From an uncultured Verrucomicrobiae bacterium (GTDB taxonomy: Bacteria; Verrucomicrobiota; Verrucomicrobiia; Limisphaerales; Palsa-1400), in the NCBI GenBank assembly GCA_963764165.1, contig CAVXRD010000002.1, positions 512,001 to 576,000 on the forward strand: a stretch of DNA of 64,000 nt. Direction: 5' to 3'. Positions 47,251-55,609 of this stretch are shown piece after piece. The translations under genes were made by a program, and so were the position numbers. The notes under the pieces are model-generated. The model was given only the letters and a program-made list of their open reading frames with translations, was not told the DNA's origin and made no database searches. Every line of letters starts with the position of its first letter. Position 1 is the stretch's first letter.

Positions 47251-47700
47251 CTAACTGGGGGCAGCGAGTCGGTTTCGCGCTCGCTTAATCGTTGCGTTAT
47301 ATCTGGAGAGAATAACAGTCTGCGCAATCCGCACGGGGTTCTTAAGCGAGTGCTCCCATATTCGGATAACGCGCCAGCCGCGTTTCCGGAGAATTTTGCC
47401 CACCGCCACATCGCGCGCTTTATTCCTGCGAATTTTTGGAAGCCAATACTCCTTTCGGCTCCCAGGCATCCGGCCATGCCAGCGGCAGCCGTGCCAGAAA
47501 CAGCCATCCACGAAGACCGCCATGCGCTCTTTCGGGAATACAAAATCGGGCCGTCCGGGAACACGCTGATTCCGGCGCCATCCCGTAATGCCGCTGGCTC
47601 TGAAAATGGCGGCCAGCTTCACTTCCGTGCTTTTGTTGTTGGTCGACCTAATGGCCGCCATCACGCGCGACCGCTTCTCCACTGTGAACACATCTGGCAC
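47251..47700 (-). CDS. vsr: Very short patch repair endonuclease
   Basis: DVFTVEKRSRVMAAIRS, GRPDFVF, FVDGCFWHGC, RNKARD and GWRVIRIWEH motifs. Confidence 0.95.
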   Translation of the reverse strand: MPDVFTVEKRSRVMAAIRSTNNKSTEVKLAAIFRASGITGWRRNQRVPGRPDFVFPKERMAVFVDGCFWHGCRWHGRMPGSRKEYWLPKIRRNKARDVAVGKILRKRGWRVIRIWEHSLKNPVRIAQTVILSRYNATIKRARNRLAAPS

Positions 47701-48074
47701 GGAAAGATGTTTACACCACCTCCCGGCCGCATAAAACCGGAAAGAACCCCAATTATTGGCAAGGGCACAAATCAGATTTTGCAAACTGATTTTCGCCCCT
47801 CCATGCCGTCGGCTCAGATTTTGTTTGCTTGGATTTGATTCGCTCCTGCGACAAATGCTCCTCAACAAAGGACTCCCCGGAAGGTGGTTAATCAACTTTC
47901 AAACCAGGCCAGACAGCGCTGGCACACCGTGGCATCGGCTCGGCGCAGCGAGCCGGCCCGGCCAAAAGCTGCTGTCCGCCCTGTTGGCGAATTTGGGCGG
48001 GGCAGGCTCATGTTTTTGAGCCATGCCCCACTAAATCGTGCAAAAATGCATTTTTTTGTGAAAAAAGCGGCCAA

Positions 48075-48119
48075 AAAACCTCTGGTAGGTTTTCTGTTTG
48101 CCTCCGCGCCTGCCAAAGT
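48075..48119 (+). promoter_or_regulatory. Bipartite dyad plus extended -10-like motif, copy 2, upstream of the phage-like operon
   Basis: AAAACCT-CTGGT-AGGTTTTC-N16-TGCCAAAGT with AT-rich upstream tract. Confidence 0.65.
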
Positions 48120-48196
48120 CGTGGCGCATGAGACGACTTAACAGTGTGTCCGGCGCCAAAACGCCCGACTTAGCCAGCCAATAAAATCACCATTCT

Positions 48197-48403
48197 ATGA
48201 AGAAAAAATTCGCGTCTATCCTCGCTGCGGCGGCGTTCGCCACCGCGGGCTGCAAAAATCCACTCGCCATTTCGGGCGACTACGCCACGCCAAAACAAAC
48301 GATCAGCGGCGGCGTCACAACAACCACCAACAGCGTCATTGTGACGGGTGGATACTCAACAACCAATCAAACCATCGGCGGTTCCGTCACCGTTGGAAAA
48401 TAG
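48197..48403 (+). CDS. Small lipoprotein
   Basis: MKKK, hydrophobic stretch, TAGC lipobox; internal repeat (GxY.T..QTI.G.VT x2). Confidence 0.75.
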   Translation: MKKKFASILAAAAFATAGCKNPLAISGDYATPKQTISGGVTTTTNSVIVTGGYSTTNQTIGGSVTVGK

Positions 48404-48412
48404 GAAAACGAT

Positions 48413-48778
48413 ATGCGAAAACTATTATTCCAAGCCTTGTTGCCAAGTTCCTTGTTTCTCCAGGCTTGCGCTTGTCCGCACCGCAAGGCGGTTTCGTCGC
48501 ATGAGGTCGAGACCTACGCCGGGCGCGTGGACGGATTGGTCCGCCGCGAAACCTGGCGCGATTCCGAACAGGGGGGCGGGCAATTCGTCTTCACCGATCC
48601 ATCGGCGGCGCAACTGTTCGCCTCGCACACCAACCAATCGGCCCTCGGCGGCGGCTCCGTCTTCAGCGCGGGCGCGGTCGCCGTCGCGGTCGACACCAAC
48701 ACGCCGGCCATCATCGGCGCAGCGGGAACGGCAGTCGGAAATGTCATCGGCGCGGCGGCCAAGACCTCTGTCAAATAG
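48413..48778 (+). CDS. Small putative lipoprotein
   Basis: MRK, hydrophobic stretch, LQAC lipobox-like; C-terminal Gly/Ala-rich helix (IIGAAGTAVGNVIGAAA). Confidence 0.65.
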   Translation: MRKLLFQALLPSSLFLQACACPHRKAVSSHEVETYAGRVDGLVRRETWRDSEQGGGQFVFTDPSAAQLFASHTNQSALGGGSVFSAGAVAVAVDTNTPAIIGAAGTAVGNVIGAAAKTSVK

Positions 48779-48782
48779 ATCC

Positions 48783-49592
48783 ATGAATACCCCATCCCCC
48801 AATCAATTCGATCCCCACAACGCCCGCGCGCTGTGTCTCGCCAGCGCTGAGGCTTATAATGCTGACGCGACTCCTCCCGAATCTTCCCTGCGATGCGAGG
48901 CCGCGGACACTCATGTTTGCATCCAGCGCCGCACCTCTTTCTCCGAGAGCGACGGCGGCGAAATGACCATCGCGTTTCGCGGCACCGCCGATTGGCGCAA
49001 CGCCCTGACCGATATGGATTGCAAGCTCATCCACGCCGGCGGCTATCGCGTCCACCGCGGTTTCCACCAGGCCGTCGAAGCCATCGACGCCAGCCTCACG
49101 GCTGCGCTGGGCGACGTTTCGGGCATGCGCCTGTGGGTCACCGGGCATTCCCTCGGCGGCGCGCTGGCGGAATTGTGGGCGCTGCGCGCGCTCGAGCGCG
49201 GCCATGACATAGCTGGAGTTTACACCTTCGGCCAGCCGCGCGTGGGCGATGCCGCGTTCGCCGCCTATTACGATTCACTGCTCAAGCCGCGCACATTCCG
49301 CGTCGTTCACGGCGACGATGTCGTCCCGCGAATTCCGTGGCTCCTCGCCAAGTATCGCCATGCCGGGAACGAAATCTTTTACCCCCGCGCCTCTTCGGCG
49401 GCATGGATCGCAAATTGTTCGTGGTGGCGGAAATTAATGTTTGACGTTGCGGCGGTCACCGGGGACTTGCGGGCAGGCCGCATCGGAGCATTGGACAGCC
49501 ATCACATCAGCAACTATCTCGCGCTCTTTTTCGAAACAGCGCCGTCCCGAACCTCAAACCGCTCCAACTCAAATTCCCATGATATTCTCTGA
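48783..49592 (+). CDS. Class 3 lipase family protein
   Basis: IAFRGT, VHRGF, TGHSLGGA, YTFGQPRVG, DVVPRIP and C-terminal His motifs. Confidence 0.92.
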   Translation: MNTPSPNQFDPHNARALCLASAEAYNADATPPESSLRCEAADTHVCIQRRTSFSESDGGEMTIAFRGTADWRNALTDMDCKLIHAGGYRVHRGFHQAVEAIDASLTAALGDVSGMRLWVTGHSLGGALAELWALRALERGHDIAGVYTFGQPRVGDAAFAAYYDSLLKPRTFRVVHGDDVVPRIPWLLAKYRHAGNEIFYPRASSAAWIANCSWWRKLMFDVAAVTGDLRAGRIGALDSHHISNYLALFFETAPSRTSNRSNSNSHDIL

Positions 49593-50004
49593 CATCTCCA
49601 ACGCTGAACTCGGCGCGTGGGTTTACGCCCTCGCGACCGTCATCCAAATCGTGAGCACCATCGCGATTCTCATCACCATTAATTCCAAGCAAAAACGGGA
49701 AATCAGTTTTGCGGGGGAAACAGTGGAGCGGAAGGAATTCGACAAGCATGTGGCCGAGAATTCCCTCGTTCACCAGCAGCTCTTTGCCAAAATCGGCGGC
49801 GTCGAGCGTGGGCTGGAATCGCGCCTCGCTTCCCGCATGGACAAATTCGAAACCGAAAGCGAGGACTCCCGCCGTTTGTTTCATCGCGACATCAGCGCCA
49901 TCGGCAACGACGTCGCCGCCCTCAAGAAGGAAGCCGAATTGGCCAACCAGCGTTCGCTCCAGATGGACGCGAAGATCGACCGCCTCATTGAACGCCCGAA
50001 ATAG
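49579..50004 (+). CDS. N-terminal TM plus coiled-coil phage-type protein (position of Mu gp25)
   Basis: Single TM followed by a heptad-rich region ending KIDRLIER; synteny. Confidence 0.6.
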   Translation: MIFSDISNAELGAWVYALATVIQIVSTIAILITINSKQKREISFAGETVERKEFDKHVAENSLVHQQLFAKIGGVERGLESRLASRMDKFETESEDSRRLFHRDISAIGNDVAALKKEAELANQRSLQMDAKIDRLIERPK

Positions 50005-50016
50005 AAGAATCCCACC

Positions 50017-50289
50017 ATGATACCCACCGACAAAATCGAACTCTTCGACAACGCCCTGCTGAAAATTCTCGAGGCCAACAATACGCCTTGGGGTTTGCAA
50101 TCGGCGGCCTTGTGCATGTTTGCCCGCGAATTTGGTTTCGCGCCCTCCGCGCCGGAAGCCGTCCCGCGCCTTGAGTATTTGACAGCCAAAGGAATGGCGC
50201 AGGAAGTTTCCAAGCAATTGAGCAAGGCCAATCGCGCCTGGAAAATCACGGACGCCGGACGCCGCTACCTCGACGAACAAGGACTCTGA
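50017..50289 (+). CDS. Small winged-helix protein (Mu gp26-like)
   Basis: 90 aa; LEYLTAKG...WKITDAGRRYL winged-helix end; synteny before terminase genes. Confidence 0.6.
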   Translation: MIPTDKIELFDNALLKILEANNTPWGLQSAALCMFAREFGFAPSAPEAVPRLEYLTAKGMAQEVSKQLSKANRAWKITDAGRRYLDEQGL

Positions 50290-50294
50290 ACCAT

Positions 50295-50771
50295 ATGAGA
50301 ACCAACGACGAACTATCAGCCCTCAACGCCCTGCCCGCGCCGCAGCAACAGGAAATTCTCGAATTTCTGGAGGGTGGCGAGAATAAACCGGGGCGCTCCG
50401 CCGGCGAATGCGCCGAATGGCTTGCGGAGCGCGGCATCGCTGCAAACGTCGAAGCCATCCAGCGTTGGCAAACGCGGCAACTGCATCGCATTCGCATGGA
50501 ATGGTGCGAATCGATGACCGCCATCGCAATTGAAGACGCCCGCCGCCCGAACCACGTTTATTCAGACGAGGAGCTGCTGAGCATCGGCATCCGCCTTTTC
50601 AACGCGCTCGTCGTAAAAACGTGCCGGCACGAAAACCTCACACGAAATCAAACCGCGGAAATCCGGCGGCAAGCAATGATCCGCCTCGAGCACGAACTCG
50701 TCACGGAACTGGAGAAGTTCGCCGCAGCCAATTCTCATTCATCCCCTCCCTCCCATCCCTCGCATCTATGA
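50295..50771 (+). CDS. Putative small terminase/HTH protein (Mu gp27/DUF3486-like)
   Basis: LNALP..QQ.I...L...ECAEWLAERGI....AIQRW HTH pattern; ATGA-coupled to TerL. Confidence 0.6.
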   Translation: MRTNDELSALNALPAPQQQEILEFLEGGENKPGRSAGECAEWLAERGIAANVEAIQRWQTRQLHRIRMEWCESMTAIAIEDARRPNHVYSDEELLSIGIRLFNALVVKTCRHENLTRNQTAEIRRQAMIRLEHELVTELEKFAAANSHSSPPSHPSHL

Positions 50772-52279
50772 ACGATTCACCACCGCCACCCGCCCCCAAT
50801 ATTCTGGATCGCACTTTTGCCGCCCCCGGAGCGGAGCTTCTGCCTTACCAAAAAGACTGGGCCAATGACTCATCGCGATGGAAATTTGGCCTGATGTCCC
50901 GCCAAGTCGGAAAGGACTTTGCCGCGGGCTTCGAAGGCGTCCGCGATTGCGTGGAGGCCGAGCTGGCCGGAAGAAAAGTGACATGGCTGATCGCCGCGCC
51001 CTCGGAACGGCAATCGCTCGAATCGTTGAACAAATGGAAAAATTGGGCCGAATCCTTTCACCTCGCGCTGGAAGGCGAAGAAATCGAACGTGCCGATGGC
51101 TCAGAGAGCCTGCTCTCGTCCGCCAGCATCACGTTTCCCAACGGCAGCCGCGTCATCGCCGTCCCCGGCCAGCCGGACACCGTGCGGGGATTCAGCGCCA
51201 ACATATTATTGACAGAATTCGCTTTCTTCGAGCGGCCTGAAGCCACCTGGCGGGCCATCCTTCCGAGCATCACCAATTCCAAAAGTGGCGGCGTCAAGAA
51301 AGTCCGCCTCATCACCACTCCCAACGGACTCGGCAACAAGGCGCATGACCTGTGGATCAAAAATTATCGCCCGCCCGGAAATTCTGCAACGGAATCGCGC
51401 GGTCAAACTGCTGCGCCGCCGGGCGCGAGTTCCCTTCTCCCATCGCCGATGTGGAAGTGCCATTTTGTTGACATACACAAGGCCGTCGCGCAGGGATTGC
51501 GGGCGGATATTGAGGAATTGAGGGCGGCGCTGGACGACCCGGAAGGCTGGTCGCAGGAATTTGAGTGCCAGTTCCTCGACGTCCAATCCGTCCTGCTCCC
51601 CTACGAACTCATCGCGACTTGCGAAAGCGCGGAAGCCACCGTCACCGCGCCGTTGGACTTCTGGCAAGCCGCCGCCGGGAGCCCGCTCGCGATGGGAATT
51701 GATTTCGGCCGCCGGCGGGACTTGACCGTCGCGTGGACACTCGCGCGCGTGGGCGACGTCTGGCAGACAATTGAAGTCCTGGTGCTCGACCAAACTCCCA
51801 CCGATCAGCAGGTGGAGATTTTGCGCCCGCGCATCCGCCGTTGCGGGCGCGTTTGCGTGGATTACACCGGGCCGGGCGTGGGTTTTGGCGATTACCTGGT
51901 GAAGGAATTCCACGAATTCAACCCGGCCCAGCACACGTTCGGCAAAATCGAGCCATGCACCTTTTCGCAAAACCTGAAAGTCGACATCTTCAGCAAATTG
52001 CGCATGGCCTTCGAGCATCGGGAATTGCGCGTGCCCGTCAACCGGGACATCCGCGAAGATTTGCATTCCCTCAGCCGCGTGAGCAATCCCAACGGCCAAA
52101 TCACCTACCGCGCCTCGCACACCGCCGACGGCCACGCCGACCGCGCCACCGCGCTGGCCCTGGCCCTTCGCGCGACAGGCGGCGGCGTCGGACAATCCGC
52201 TGCCGAATCCATCCCCCGCCCTCCCAATCCGCGAGATCTGGCCATGGCATCGGGCAATCGCAGCCGGTGGACATTATGA
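50768..52279 (+). CDS. terL: Terminase large subunit (Mu gp28-like)
   Basis: LLPYQ, SRQVGKD, SERQS, PDTVRG, LTEFAF, TTPNG, QEFECQF; nuclease motifs GIDFGRRRD, VDYTGPG and HADRATALAL. Confidence 0.9.
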   Translation: MNDSPPPPAPNILDRTFAAPGAELLPYQKDWANDSSRWKFGLMSRQVGKDFAAGFEGVRDCVEAELAGRKVTWLIAAPSERQSLESLNKWKNWAESFHLALEGEEIERADGSESLLSSASITFPNGSRVIAVPGQPDTVRGFSANILLTEFAFFERPEATWRAILPSITNSKSGGVKKVRLITTPNGLGNKAHDLWIKNYRPPGNSATESRGQTAAPPGASSLLPSPMWKCHFVDIHKAVAQGLRADIEELRAALDDPEGWSQEFECQFLDVQSVLLPYELIATCESAEATVTAPLDFWQAAAGSPLAMGIDFGRRRDLTVAWTLARVGDVWQTIEVLVLDQTPTDQQVEILRPRIRRCGRVCVDYTGPGVGFGDYLVKEFHEFNPAQHTFGKIEPCTFSQNLKVDIFSKLRMAFEHRELRVPVNRDIREDLHSLSRVSNPNGQITYRASHTADGHADRATALALALRATGGGVGQSAAESIPRPPNPRDLAMASGNRSRWTL

Positions 52280-52284
52280 ATGCC

Positions 52285-52629
52285 TCATCTGTTTTTGACG
52301 CCCCGTTTTCGGGCTGTCGCCGAGGCTTTGCGGCCAAGAATTGCCCCAACGTCTCGCGCGCCGTGCAAAACCCGGACAATCTCGACAGGGCGGCGCTTGC
52401 GCCTGTAAATAATCAAGTAACGCCTTACAAGCCAGAACTGCAGAGGTTCGTCCGCCAGGTCACCCCGCGAATGGCCAATCCCGGGCGTCGTGGCCAACTT
52501 GTTAAAAGCCTCGAAGATATCATCCCGCACGCGGTCAGCGGCATCAGGATTCTGCAATTCGATGGCATAATAATCCCAGATCTCGTCCAAATCGCCGCTT
52601 GCGGCGGGCGAAATAAGGAAGTCACTCAT
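52285..52629 (-). CDS. parE: ParE/RelE-family toxin
   Basis: SPAASGDLDEIWDY, PGIGHSR, YLIIYR and IVRVLHGARD motifs. Confidence 0.92.
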   Translation of the reverse strand: MSDFLISPAASGDLDEIWDYYAIELQNPDAADRVRDDIFEAFNKLATTPGIGHSRGDLADEPLQFWLVRRYLIIYRRKRRPVEIVRVLHGARDVGAILGRKASATARKRGVKNR

Positions 52630-52892
52630 CGCTTGCGCGCGCGAAATTGGGCGCTCCGTTTCTTCATGCGCGCGTAAACCTGCTCACCACTGATGCCCTC
52701 ACCACGATCTAGTTCATTGAGGCCGGCCCGGATCTTTTTTCGCGCTTCATCCAAGTGCAGGGCTCGCAGATGATCTTGGTCCTCCAAGAGCCGCAGCCCT
52801 TCACGGATGACTTCGCTGGCAGATTGGTAGAGGCCGCTTTGCACCTTCCGGTTTACAAGCTGCTCCAATTCGGGAGTTAACGAAACATTCAT
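52626..52892 (-). CDS. parD: ParD-family (CC2985-like) antitoxin
   Basis: MNVSLTPELE...SGLYQSASEVIREGLRLL; 4-nt overlap with the toxin. Confidence 0.92.
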   Translation of the reverse strand: MNVSLTPELEQLVNRKVQSGLYQSASEVIREGLRLLEDQDHLRALHLDEARKKIRAGLNELDRGEGISGEQVYARMKKRSAQFRARKR

Positions 52893-53080
52893 ATTGATTG
52901 GCTGCCGTCAGCATATCCCGGCTGCGCCAAATACCAAGGAATAACCAAGCCTGTTATCGCAAAACGGATGTGCCAAAGTGATCGCATGAGTGAATATGTT
53001 AGGACGGAGAGGACGGGATTGAAGACCGAGGACTGCGGCGCGGGCGGCGTTTCGACCGCAGCCAAGGCGAACGACTGTCA

Positions 53081-53122
53081 CCAAATCTAGGCTATTCCAA
53101 CCAAATCCAACCAAATCCAACC
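53081..53122. repeat. 10-bp tandem repeat (CCAAATCCAA, degenerate x4)
   Basis: CCAAATCTAG GCTATTCCAA CCAAATCCAA CCAAATCCAA CC followed by a T-tract. Confidence 0.8.
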
Positions 53123-53200
53123 TGTTTTTTGAAAAATGAAATTATGGCGAATTAAGCCTTTGATGCGCGCGGGCGTTATTTTAAGCTGGCGTAACAACCA

Positions 53201-53353
53201 ATGTGGACCTTGCTCAAAGAGTTCCTTAAGTTTTGCCGCCAGGAGAAAAAATGGTGGCTGGTGCCGCTTATTGTCCTGCTGCTGGTGCTCGGCGCGATCA
53301 TCGTCTTCACCGCCACTTCCGGCATCGCCTGGGCGCTCTATCCTTTCATGTAA
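53201..53353 (+). CDS. DUF5989/SxtK-like small membrane protein (50 aa, absent from ORF track)
   Basis: MWTLLKEFLKFCRQEKKWWLVPLIVLLLVLG...WALYPFM; KKWWLxP motif next to a carbamoyltransferase. Confidence 0.85.
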   Translation: MWTLLKEFLKFCRQEKKWWLVPLIVLLLVLGAIIVFTATSGIAWALYPFM

Positions 53354-53357
53354 TGTT

Positions 53358-55172
53358 GTGAAATGGATCTTAGGCATTTCCGCCTATTACCACGATTCCG
53401 CGGCCGCCCTGCTGCGCGATGGCCAGATTTTCGCCGCCGCCCAGGAGGAACGCTTCACGCGAATCAAAAACGAGCCGGATTTTCCCAAGCTCGCCATTGA
53501 GTTCTGCCTGCGGCGCGCGGGGTTGAAGCCGTCGGAATTGGACTGCGTTGTGTTTTACGACAAGCCCGTTTTGAAATTCGCGCGCCTGCTGGAAACGTAT
53601 CTCGCGGTCGCGCCCGGCGGCTGGCGGACGTTTCCAGAAGTAGTGTCCAATTGGCTCGGCGGAAAACTGGATTTGCGAAAAACCATTCGACAGGAATTGC
53701 CCGGCTTGCGAGCCGATTGCCCGATTCTTTTCACCGCGCATCACCAGGCCCACGCGGCCAGCGCGTTCTATCCTTCGCCATTCGAGACGGCGGCCATTCT
53801 GACCATCGACGCGGTCGGCGAATGGGCCACGACGACCATCGGGCGCGGGCGCGGCGATGACATCGAACTTCTGGAGGAAATTCGTTTTCCGCATTCGCTG
53901 GGCATGTTGTATTCGGCCTTCACGGACTACTGCGGGTTCCGCATCAATTCCGGCGAATACAAATTGATGGGCCTCGCGCCTTATGGCGAACCACTCTATG
54001 CCGACGCGATTTTTCGCGAATTGATCGATCTCAAGCCCGACGGATCGTTTTGGCTGAATCTCGATTATTTCAACTTCCTCCGCGGCACGACGATGACGAA
54101 CGCCCGGTTTCACGATTTGTTCGGAGGACCGCCGCGCAAACATGACGAACCGCTCCAGCAACGCCACATGGACGTGGCGCGCTCAATCCAGGCCGTAACA
54201 GAGGAAGTAGTCTTGCGCCTGGCCCGGCACGCGAAGGAATTGACGGGCGAAAAGAATCTCTGCCTCGCGGGCGGCGTCGCGCTCAATTGCGTGGCCAACG
54301 GGCGCCTGCTGCGGGAGCGTGTATTTGACAACATTTGGATCCAACCGGCGGCCAGCGATGCGGGCGGAGCGCTGGGCGCGGCCCTGGCGGCGTGGCACAC
54401 GCGGCGCGACAAGTCCGTTCCGCGCCCTCCTAAAACCGATGCCATGCAAGGCTCCTTGCTCGGCCCGGATTTTTCCGATGCGGAAATCGAAGCGACCCTG
54501 CGCAGCCACGACGCGAAGTTCCGACAGCTCGCCACCAGCGAGATGCTGGATGCCGTCGTGAAATTGCTGCAAGATGGCAAAGTCATCGGCTGGTTCCAGG
54601 GGCGGATGGAATTTGGCCCGCGCGCCTTGGGCAATCGCTCAATAATCGGAGATGCCCGTTCTCCACGAATGCAATCGGTGATGAACTTGAAGGTGAAGTT
54701 CCGTGAGTCGTTCCGCCCATTCGCGCCAATCGTCCGCCGCGAGCGGCTCGGCGATTATTTCGATTTGACGGAAGATTCACCCTACATGCTGCTGGTCGCT
54801 CCGATTCTGCCGAGCTTGCGGCTGCCCAATCCCGCTGGCATGCGCGGCTTGGAATTATTGAAACAGACGCGCAGCACGCTCCCCGCCATCACGCACGTTG
54901 ATTATTCCGCGCGAATCCAAACGGTGAAGCGCGAGGACAACGCGCTGCTGTATGAATTGCTTTCGCGGTTCGAGCAAGCGACTGGCTGCGGCGTGCTTGT
55001 CAATACTTCGTTTAACGTGCGCGGCGAGCCGGTCGTATGCTCGCCCGAGGATGCCTACCGCTGTTTCGTCCACACGGAAATGGATTATCTCGTGATGGGA
55101 AACTTTCTGCTGGATCGATTGGAGCAGCCAGCCCGCAACGTCGAGCGCCGCGTCGCGCCGCAACTGGACTAA
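53358..55172 (+). CDS. Carbamoyltransferase (NodU/CmcH/SxtI family)
   Basis: LGISAYYHDSAA, QEERFTR, HHQAHAAS, GEYKLMGLAPYG, GGVALNC, EFGPRALGNRS and NTSFN motifs. Confidence 0.95.
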   Translation: MKWILGISAYYHDSAAALLRDGQIFAAAQEERFTRIKNEPDFPKLAIEFCLRRAGLKPSELDCVVFYDKPVLKFARLLETYLAVAPGGWRTFPEVVSNWLGGKLDLRKTIRQELPGLRADCPILFTAHHQAHAASAFYPSPFETAAILTIDAVGEWATTTIGRGRGDDIELLEEIRFPHSLGMLYSAFTDYCGFRINSGEYKLMGLAPYGEPLYADAIFRELIDLKPDGSFWLNLDYFNFLRGTTMTNARFHDLFGGPPRKHDEPLQQRHMDVARSIQAVTEEVVLRLARHAKELTGEKNLCLAGGVALNCVANGRLLRERVFDNIWIQPAASDAGGALGAALAAWHTRRDKSVPRPPKTDAMQGSLLGPDFSDAEIEATLRSHDAKFRQLATSEMLDAVVKLLQDGKVIGWFQGRMEFGPRALGNRSIIGDARSPRMQSVMNLKVKFRESFRPFAPIVRRERLGDYFDLTEDSPYMLLVAPILPSLRLPNPAGMRGLELLKQTRSTLPAITHVDYSARIQTVKREDNALLYELLSRFEQATGCGVLVNTSFNVRGEPVVCSPEDAYRCFVHTEMDYLVMGNFLLDRLEQPARNVERRVAPQLD

Positions 55173-55181
55173 AACAAGAAC

Positions 55182-55589
55182 GTGAAAAGCCAGCCAAACA
55201 TAAAGGAAGATCCAAAGGAATGGCGCAAAGCCGGTCTGATGAGCGCGGGAGGATTGGCCGTCGGCATGAGCATCCTGCGGTGGCGTCACGTGCTGCCGGT
55301 GAGGGCGTGGGAATGCATTCTGGCCGCGCTCGTGCTGGTCGCGCTGGCGGCCATCGCGAAGCCGCGCCTGTTCCGCGGATTGTATCGCTTCACGACGCAA
55401 CTGAGTTTCGTGCTTGGAAAAGTCATCGGGCGAATTCTGCTGGCGGCATTCTTCTTCCTCGTGATCGTGCCGCTCGCCTTGGTTTGGCGGGTGATGGGAA
55501 AAGACCCGCTGAAATTGCGCCGGCCCACCAATGCGCAAACATATTGGACAAAGGCGCGACCGGCGTCTTCACTGGAGAATCTGTTTTGA
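55182..55589 (+). CDS. SxtJ-family membrane protein
   Basis: TM segments, GKDPLKL...TYW...LENLF ending; directly after the carbamoyltransferase. Confidence 0.8.
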   Translation: MKSQPNIKEDPKEWRKAGLMSAGGLAVGMSILRWRHVLPVRAWECILAALVLVALAAIAKPRLFRGLYRFTTQLSFVLGKVIGRILLAAFFFLVIVPLALVWRVMGKDPLKLRRPTNAQTYWTKARPASSLENLF

Positions 55590-55609
55590 GCACTCTAACA
55601 TCGCCGCAC

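Noticed and set aside
52889..52987. 32-codon minus-strand ORF (MRSLWH...) coupled to parD
   Set aside because: Its similarity to MNALWH near 17495 is explained by the shared DNA motif; no other coding evidence.
53201..55589. sxtI/J/K-like trio as evidence of saxitoxin synthesis
   Set aside because: This trio is widespread outside toxin clusters and no other sxt genes are present.
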